Shown piece by piece: positions 58,456 through 64,000 of a DNA stretch of 64,000 nt (the first letter of the stretch is position 1; each line of letters begins with the position of its first letter). Both the position numbers and the translations under genes were made by a program. The notes beneath the pieces were generated by a model. It had not been told where the DNA came from, ran no database searches, and worked only from the letters and a program-made list of their open reading frames with translations. This DNA is from an uncultured delta proteobacterium (lineage in GTDB: Bacteria > Desulfobacterota > Desulfobacteria > Desulfobacterales > B30-G6): assembly GCA_963823335.1 (NCBI GenBank), contig CAWGLD010000008.1, forward strand, positions 64,001 to 128,000, read 5' to 3'.

Positions 58456-60176
58456 ATAAAAAAAGCATTACAAGACTACAGGACCTCAAAATAGCCCGTG
58501 AGCGACTCCTGTCTCTCCCGTCCGATGCTGCCCTGGAACACCTGCTTTCCGATAAAAGTGCCATCGCAATCGTGCATTCCTTTCCCCCGGAAGATCTTCA
58601 CCTGCTTGTTCGCGATATCGGTGCACAAGATGCCCTGCCCCTGCTGGCCATGGCATCGAACAGGCAATGGGAGTACATCCTCGATATTGAAATCTGGCAT
58701 AAGGACCGCATGGATTTCTCTGCTGCCACAGAATGGCTCAGCCTGCTGCTTTCGGCCGACTCCACCAGACTGGCTGAATGGTGCGCCAGGGAAAATGACA
58801 CCTTTCTCGATTTTTATTTACTACACAATATCGAGGTGAGGATTCGTGAGCATGATGAGAGCCCTTCCGAACTGGGAGAGGACTTTATCACCTTTGACGA
58901 CACCTTCTACTTTCGAATCCTGGACCCGGCCTTCCAACCGGAGACAGATGCAGATCCGGAAACCGTATCACACAGCGATCAATACCTGGAAGACCGCAGG
59001 GAGTTTCTGATACAGTTGCTCAAGCGTTTGTCGGACTTCGATCATTATCGCTTCCAGAACATACTGCTCGAATCAGCAGCCATCATTTCCGCGGAAACCG
59101 AGGAGGAAATTTATCGTCTGCGTAACGTCCGTCTGGCGGAAAAGGGCTTTCTTCCTTTTGATGAGGCCGTGGGTATCTACCAGCCCTTGACGGAAAAGGA
59201 AATAAGGAAACGAACCAGAAGGTTTCAGACCGAACCAGCGGCAGAAGAAAATTTCATGCCTTTACCTTACTACGCACAAAATCTTCTGGAGCCTGACGGT
59301 ACTTTCGCCAAGGCCATCTCTTCGGTAAACGACGAGAACTCCCAGATGCACTTGCAGGCCGAGTTTGCAGGCCTTTGCAACCAGTTGTTGATAGCGGACC
59401 AAAAGACCATCAATGGACAACTGGGATTGCACGATGCCGTAAAAAAAGCATCCGGGTATATCGGTATCGGTCTCGAAACACTCTCGGGCAGTAAGGTCGA
59501 ACAGATCGAACGTTACCCGCTCGCAGACATTTTCAGGGTCGGTTACGGCATGGCCCTCCGATTAAAGTGGCGGGCTGAAAAATGGCGCAACAACAGCTGG
59601 TTCAGGGCCCAGGGGCTGCCCCTCAGCTTCTGGGGTGAGAACTGGCTGGGTGTCATCGGTGGGCTGCTGATCAAAAAACCACTCTACTTCGACAAATATC
59701 AGACCGACACATTTTACCGGGAATTTTACACCACCCAGGACATTTCCATGACGGATAGGATCCTGACGGAAATTATTGCCTTTGACGATTTACTGGCAGC
59801 ATTGTCACTCGAAACAGGCCCAATTCCACCCGGCAGCCTGCTGACCTATAAGAACCTCCTGCTGACACACTGGGCAAGAGAAACCGCCGATTCAAAAGCA
59901 GGCAAAACAGCATTGTCACCCCTGCCCCTGGCGGTCTTCAAATCCTTTTTCGACACCCTGTGGCGCAGACCTGAAAAACCCAGATCCATTAGGCTTTCAG
60001 TGAAAAGTGATTTCCTGAAATGGCTGGTAGACAAGAGCGGCCTGACAGGCACCCAGATTGCAGAACACTGCGGGAAGACCTTTGAAGATCTTTTTTCAGA
60101 AATCGAGATCGAGCTTGGGATGGTATCCAAAAATGATATCGATCCCCGTTATATTCAGCTCTTTCTCATCTCCTGA
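58443..60176 (+). CDS. Conserved hypothetical protein (DUF6178-like)
   Basis: EEEIYRLRNVRLAEKGFLPFDEA motif recalled from deltaproteobacterial proteins; long clean ORF. Confidence 0.7.
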   Translation: MTSEDKKSITRLQDLKIARERLLSLPSDAALEHLLSDKSAIAIVHSFPPEDLHLLVRDIGAQDALPLLAMASNRQWEYILDIEIWHKDRMDFSAATEWLSLLLSADSTRLAEWCARENDTFLDFYLLHNIEVRIREHDESPSELGEDFITFDDTFYFRILDPAFQPETDADPETVSHSDQYLEDRREFLIQLLKRLSDFDHYRFQNILLESAAIISAETEEEIYRLRNVRLAEKGFLPFDEAVGIYQPLTEKEIRKRTRRFQTEPAAEENFMPLPYYAQNLLEPDGTFAKAISSVNDENSQMHLQAEFAGLCNQLLIADQKTINGQLGLHDAVKKASGYIGIGLETLSGSKVEQIERYPLADIFRVGYGMALRLKWRAEKWRNNSWFRAQGLPLSFWGENWLGVIGGLLIKKPLYFDKYQTDTFYREFYTTQDISMTDRILTEIIAFDDLLAALSLETGPIPPGSLLTYKNLLLTHWARETADSKAGKTALSPLPLAVFKSFFDTLWRRPEKPRSIRLSVKSDFLKWLVDKSGLTGTQIAEHCGKTFEDLFSEIEIELGMVSKNDIDPRYIQLFLIS

Positions 60177-60216
60177 ACCAGGAATATTCTCTATTTATCG
60201 AAGAGAGGAGAGGAAA

Positions 60217-60534
60217 ATGAAGACTTTTGCCGAGAAAGCCTACGATCTTTTAAGAAAGGTGCCGAAAGGGCGCGTAACGACCTATAAAGAAATTGCCCAC
60301 GCCCTGGAAACCAGAGCATATCGGGGGGTCGGGCAGGCCATGCGAAAGAACCCCTATGCACCCGAGGTTCCCTGACACCGGGTTGTTGCCACATCCGGTC
60401 GGATTGGGGGATTTCAAGGAATGACATCGGGAACCGCTATACAAAAAAAAATAAATATGCTCAAAGACGAAGGGATTGAGATCCGCGGAGGGAAAATAAG
60501 GAATTTTGAAGAAATTCTTTTTCGGTTCTCCTAA
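60217..60534 (+). CDS. O6-alkylguanine-DNA alkyltransferase (MGMT/Ogt C-terminal domain), probable selenoprotein (UGA at 60373-60375)
   Basis: VPKGRVTTYKEIA..RGVGQAM..NPYAPEVP-TGA-HRVV..GRIGGF..KKINMLKDEG; frame stays open to TAA at 60534. Confidence 0.85.
60376..60408 (+). promoter_or_regulatory. Putative bacterial SECIS element
   Basis: CCA-C-ATCC-GGTC-GGAT-TGG hairpin; apical loop starts with G, 21 nt after the UGA. Confidence 0.65.
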
Positions 60535-60560
60535 TAACTGTATGTTGCATGATTAAAGCA

Positions 60561-62159
60561 TTATGCTATCGCAACGGACGGAAAGCGGGATCGGTCGGTG
60601 TGGGGTAGGAATTTTGCAGCACTAAAACGGTTCATGAACGTCTGGTTTACATTCAGTTCCAGGTAGGTTATTTTTTCTTTTATGCCTTCGATTGTCGCCA
60701 TGCTTTGACAGGATGTGAGAACCCGTGTCGCTCCTTCAAGGGACGTGTTTCCCAGGGATTGAAAGGTATTTAGCGGCAAATCCGGCAACATGCCGATGGT
60801 CACAGCGGATACAGGATCGATAAACGCTCCGAATGTTCCTGCCACATGGAAGGTCTTCAAATCCATCAGTGACATACCCACAGATTCTGTGATGGTCTCC
60901 AGGATTGTGAACATGGCGGCCTTGGACCGGATCAGACTGTCCATATCCGCCTGGCTGATCATCAGTGGCTGTCCTGTCCCGGATTCATCGGCCGAAACGA
61001 TTTCCAGATATGGTATTTGCGATTGCATGCTGAGTTTCCTGCCGCAGATATCGGGAACAAACCGGCCTCTGAGATCGATCATGCCTGCGAGAAGCAGGTT
61101 TGCGGCAAGATCGATCATACCGGAACCACATATCCCGATGGGCAGCATCTCGCCAATGGTGTGAACCTGGAATACCCGCGTTCCGGGATCGATGCGCAGA
61201 CGGTCGATGACACCCGGGCCGGCCATCATGCCGATCTGGGCCACACCCCCTTCAAGTGCCGGCCCGGCGGCACCTGCACAGGCCACCAGCCAGCTGTCGT
61301 TGCCCAGAACAACCTCCGCGTTGGTCCCCACATCCACCAATATGGCCAGATCCGCCTGCCGGCTGATTCCGCTGTGCAGAATACCGGCAATCAGATCACC
61401 ACCAAAATAACTTCCGATATTGGGCAGGATAAAAACCCTGCCGGCAGGATTGATCTGCAGTCCGTATGCGTCAGCCCTCTGAACATCAGGGCTGTTGACA
61501 ACCGGAATATAGGGCTCCCTGATCAGCCATCTGGGCGACAGCGCCATGAATAGATGCGTCATACTGGTATTGCCGGCAAGGGCCATGAAATAAACGTCAC
61601 CTGTGTCGAGTCCACAGGTGTTACAGGCATTCCGGATCTGCTCGTTCAGCGCATTGATGATCATCCGGTTGAGGTTTTCAAGACCGCCTGGTTGATCACA
61701 GGCATGGATCCGTGTCAGCACATCAGGGCCGACACTGAGCTGAGGATTGTCAAAGGACGTCTCAAAAAGAATCTCGCCTGTTGACAAATCCACCAGCCTG
61801 ATCACAACCCTGGAAGTCCCCAGGTCAACGGCCACCCCGACCATGCGTTTGGTCTCCAATGGATTCGAAATGCCGGTGAGATGCCATAGATCGGCATCCC
61901 GTTCCTTTATGACCACACAGCGTGCCGAATACCCCCATTCCCGCAATCGAACCGGCAGTTCGCGCAAAACATGCAAATCGATTTCTACACTCTGGGTATT
62001 TAGCTGCTTCTTGAGTTGATTTTTCAGGCGATCAGCATCGGCGGTGTTGTCTTGAAGGCTTGGGGGAGACAGACGTACCAATCGAATCCAACCATCAGTG
62101 GCGCCAAAAGCGTCTGTTTCCATATCTTTTCGATCCATGTTTTCAGGCAGGTAAATCAA
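60561..62159 (-). CDS. ASKHA-domain ATP-dependent reductive activator of corrinoid proteins (RACo/DUF4445)
   Basis: VDLGTS, NPQ..GPDVLTRI, DVGTNAE, AAGPALEG, GICGSG, AGTFG. Confidence 0.9.
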   Translation of the reverse strand: MIYLPENMDRKDMETDAFGATDGWIRLVRLSPPSLQDNTADADRLKNQLKKQLNTQSVEIDLHVLRELPVRLREWGYSARCVVIKERDADLWHLTGISNPLETKRMVGVAVDLGTSRVVIRLVDLSTGEILFETSFDNPQLSVGPDVLTRIHACDQPGGLENLNRMIINALNEQIRNACNTCGLDTGDVYFMALAGNTSMTHLFMALSPRWLIREPYIPVVNSPDVQRADAYGLQINPAGRVFILPNIGSYFGGDLIAGILHSGISRQADLAILVDVGTNAEVVLGNDSWLVACAGAAGPALEGGVAQIGMMAGPGVIDRLRIDPGTRVFQVHTIGEMLPIGICGSGMIDLAANLLLAGMIDLRGRFVPDICGRKLSMQSQIPYLEIVSADESGTGQPLMISQADMDSLIRSKAAMFTILETITESVGMSLMDLKTFHVAGTFGAFIDPVSAVTIGMLPDLPLNTFQSLGNTSLEGATRVLTSCQSMATIEGIKEKITYLELNVNQTFMNRFSAAKFLPHTDRSRFPSVAIA

Positions 62160-62995
62160 ATTTCAAATGACATCTCGCTTCCGACAGCCATACATTCGAA
62201 ACCAAAGCCTTTCCTGTCTATCTCCTGCCGGCAGGCATCCACAATCGCATCCATTGCATCGTCGGTGCGATCCTGGTTTAAATGGAAAAGGCCCAGTTTT
62301 TTTACTTCTGCCCGGGATGCCAGCTCAAGAACATCCGCATAAGAGGAATGCCCCCATTCGATATAACTCTGGTATTCTTCGGGTGTGAATTCCGCATCGT
62401 GGATCAGGAGATCAGCATGCAATGAAAACGTGGCATAATCGTTCAGCGTAAGCCCGTTGGGATGCATATAACCCAGTTCGTTATCCGTTAGAAATACAAA
62501 TGATTTTTCATCTTCAATAAACTTGTATCCCCTGCCACCGTTCGGGTGATTCAGATGGATGGGAACAACCGTTACCGAGCCGATTTGAAATTGATAGGGG
62601 CAGCCATCTTCATAGGTAAATTCAGCACTCAAATCAGAATATTTCACCGGAAAATGAGGCGGTGTCAGAACGCGCGTGATCAGTTTTTCAGCATACATGC
62701 CCGCGTACGGGCATCGAAACACCTTAATTTTTGTTCGGTTGCTGAACAACGGTTTGAAGAAAGGCAAGCCCATGATATGATCCCAGTGGGCGTGTGTAAA
62801 AATGAAATTATAGTGATGAATGCCTTCTTTGGTGAGCTTGTTTCCGAGTCTTCGAATCCCGGTGCCGGCGTCTACAATGATGATATCGCCACTTCTGGCC
62901 CGGATCTCGATACAGGCAGTGTCGCCGCCATATTTGATGTACTCTCTACCCGAAACAGGTATGGATCCTCTCGACCCCCAGCACGTGATGTACAT
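62156..62995 (-). CDS. Metallo-beta-lactamase-fold hydrolase
   Basis: WGSRGSIP, YGGDTAC, DAGTG, THAHWDHIMG, HDAE, WGHS. Confidence 0.9.
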   Translation of the reverse strand: MYITCWGSRGSIPVSGREYIKYGGDTACIEIRARSGDIIIVDAGTGIRRLGNKLTKEGIHHYNFIFTHAHWDHIMGLPFFKPLFSNRTKIKVFRCPYAGMYAEKLITRVLTPPHFPVKYSDLSAEFTYEDGCPYQFQIGSVTVVPIHLNHPNGGRGYKFIEDEKSFVFLTDNELGYMHPNGLTLNDYATFSLHADLLIHDAEFTPEEYQSYIEWGHSSYADVLELASRAEVKKLGLFHLNQDRTDDAMDAIVDACRQEIDRKGFGFECMAVGSEMSFEI

Positions 62996-63014
62996 TGACC
63001 CTCTCTCGTTCCAT

Positions 63015-63692
63015 TTATTCGTGCTTCGGCAACTGATCCAGATACCAGTCCATTGGGTCCAGCAGGGTATACCCCATCTCCTGCAGTTTCTTTTTTACAC
63101 GGCTTATGTTCTGGGTCAAAAGATAAGGAAAAACGGCCCGCTTGTCATTCTCCCAGTATCTGGCAACCAGGATACTGCCAAAAGAAATGCCTTCCTCGGT
63201 GATGGCATCGACAATCTTTTTCATCTGCCCTACCTTTTCCTCCACCAGGATACAGAGCAGCGTTCCGGGTTCACCGATGCCGAGAACATTTGTAAACGCC
63301 CGCAGCAGGTCCCGGACAGAAATGATGCCTTTCAGTTTTCCGGTATCGTCGACCACCGGAAAAGCCCCGATGCGTTTTTCCTGAAACAGCAGCAGGGCAT
63401 CCTGGATCGTATCGGAGGGAGAGATGGTGAAGGGTTCAACCGTCATGATATCCTTGATTTTAAACCTGGAATACTTATCCTGTTCTTTGGTACAATCAGG
63501 ATTTTTATAACAATCGTATGGCAGAACACTTCGAACATCACGGTCGGTGACAACGCCGACGAGACGGTCTTCCCCATCGATAACCGGTAAGTGACGAATC
63601 TGATGCGTTGCCATCATTTTCTGTGCTTCAAGGACGGTTGCATCCGGTTGAATCGTGACAACCTTAATTGTCATGGATCTGCTGACAAACAT
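63015..63692 (-). CDS. CBS-pair plus ACT domain protein (AcuB-like)
   Basis: IRHLPV..LVGVVTDRD, IGAFPVV..GIISVRD, C-terminal ACT-like region. Confidence 0.88.
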   Translation of the reverse strand: MFVSRSMTIKVVTIQPDATVLEAQKMMATHQIRHLPVIDGEDRLVGVVTDRDVRSVLPYDCYKNPDCTKEQDKYSRFKIKDIMTVEPFTISPSDTIQDALLLFQEKRIGAFPVVDDTGKLKGIISVRDLLRAFTNVLGIGEPGTLLCILVEEKVGQMKKIVDAITEEGISFGSILVARYWENDKRAVFPYLLTQNISRVKKKLQEMGYTLLDPMDWYLDQLPKHE

Positions 63693-63732
63693 TGGGGCCT
63701 CCTGTATCAATTTATATAATTGAGTAACGATT

Positions 63733-63999
63733 TTATTGATGAATATGTCCGTTCATTAATACCTGAACATGGTTACGCGCCAGTTCCGGGAGCCGTTTGA
63801 GGCTGTAGCCACCTTCCAGAACGGAAATCAGCTTGCCATTGGAATGATCTTCGGCCAGTTGAAAAATTGTTTCCATGATCCAGGTAAACGCCCCGGTGGA
63901 CAGTTTGACATCTGACATATCGTCGTCCATGTGCCCGTCGAACCCGGTTGAAACCAGAATCATGTCCGGTTTGAAATGATCAAGTGCCGGTACCAGATC
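63733..63999 (-). CDS. Histone-deacetylase family protein (AcuC-like), 3' part only
   Basis: FKPDMILVSTGFDGH..D and SVLEGGY. Confidence 0.9.
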   Translation of the reverse strand, partial: DLVPALDHFKPDMILVSTGFDGHMDDDMSDVKLSTGAFTWIMETIFQLAEDHSNGKLISVLEGGYSLKRLPELARNHVQVLMNGHIHQ

Positions 64000-64000
64000 C

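Noticed and set aside
60373-60375. Alternative genetic code (UGA = Trp or Gly)
   Set aside because: Many genes here end normally at TGA (e.g. 17108, 37908, 38707, 53820, 60176).

Overview
Chromosomal window from an anaerobic deltaproteobacterium. Gene content and order suggest Desulfobacterales-like; this is inference. From left to right it holds: an envelope operon (lolC/E-lolD-bamA-skp-fabZ); pilC-pilS; a DHH-CBS tRNA nucleotidyltransferase, trpS, scpAB and tRNA-Val(CAC); an uncharacterised glycyl-radical enzyme (GRE) with its activase and a split-barrel protein; a 10-gene acyl-CoA catabolic cluster (AtuD-like dehydrogenase, two carboxyltransferases and a biotin carrier, but no biotin carboxylase); an AT-richer glycosyltransferase/radical-SAM block; assorted metabolic genes (ltaE, rdgB, pckG, ampG, RACo, AcuB/AcuC-like); and two internally deleted pseudogenes. 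Four signals are not explained by the ORF track. (1) An O6-alkylguanine alkyltransferase has TGA at its catalytic Cys codon followed by a SECIS-like hairpin, so it is a probable selenoprotein. (2) A dispersed, strictly sense-oriented composite intergenic element is built from ordered modules, including arrays of ~18-nt mini-hairpins whose stems co-vary around GNA loops. (3) A 21-bp palindrome recurs at gene ends and starts. (4) Several MITE-like inverted repeats are present. No CRISPR array, integrase or transposase gene was seen. Family assignments come from motif recognition, not database searches.
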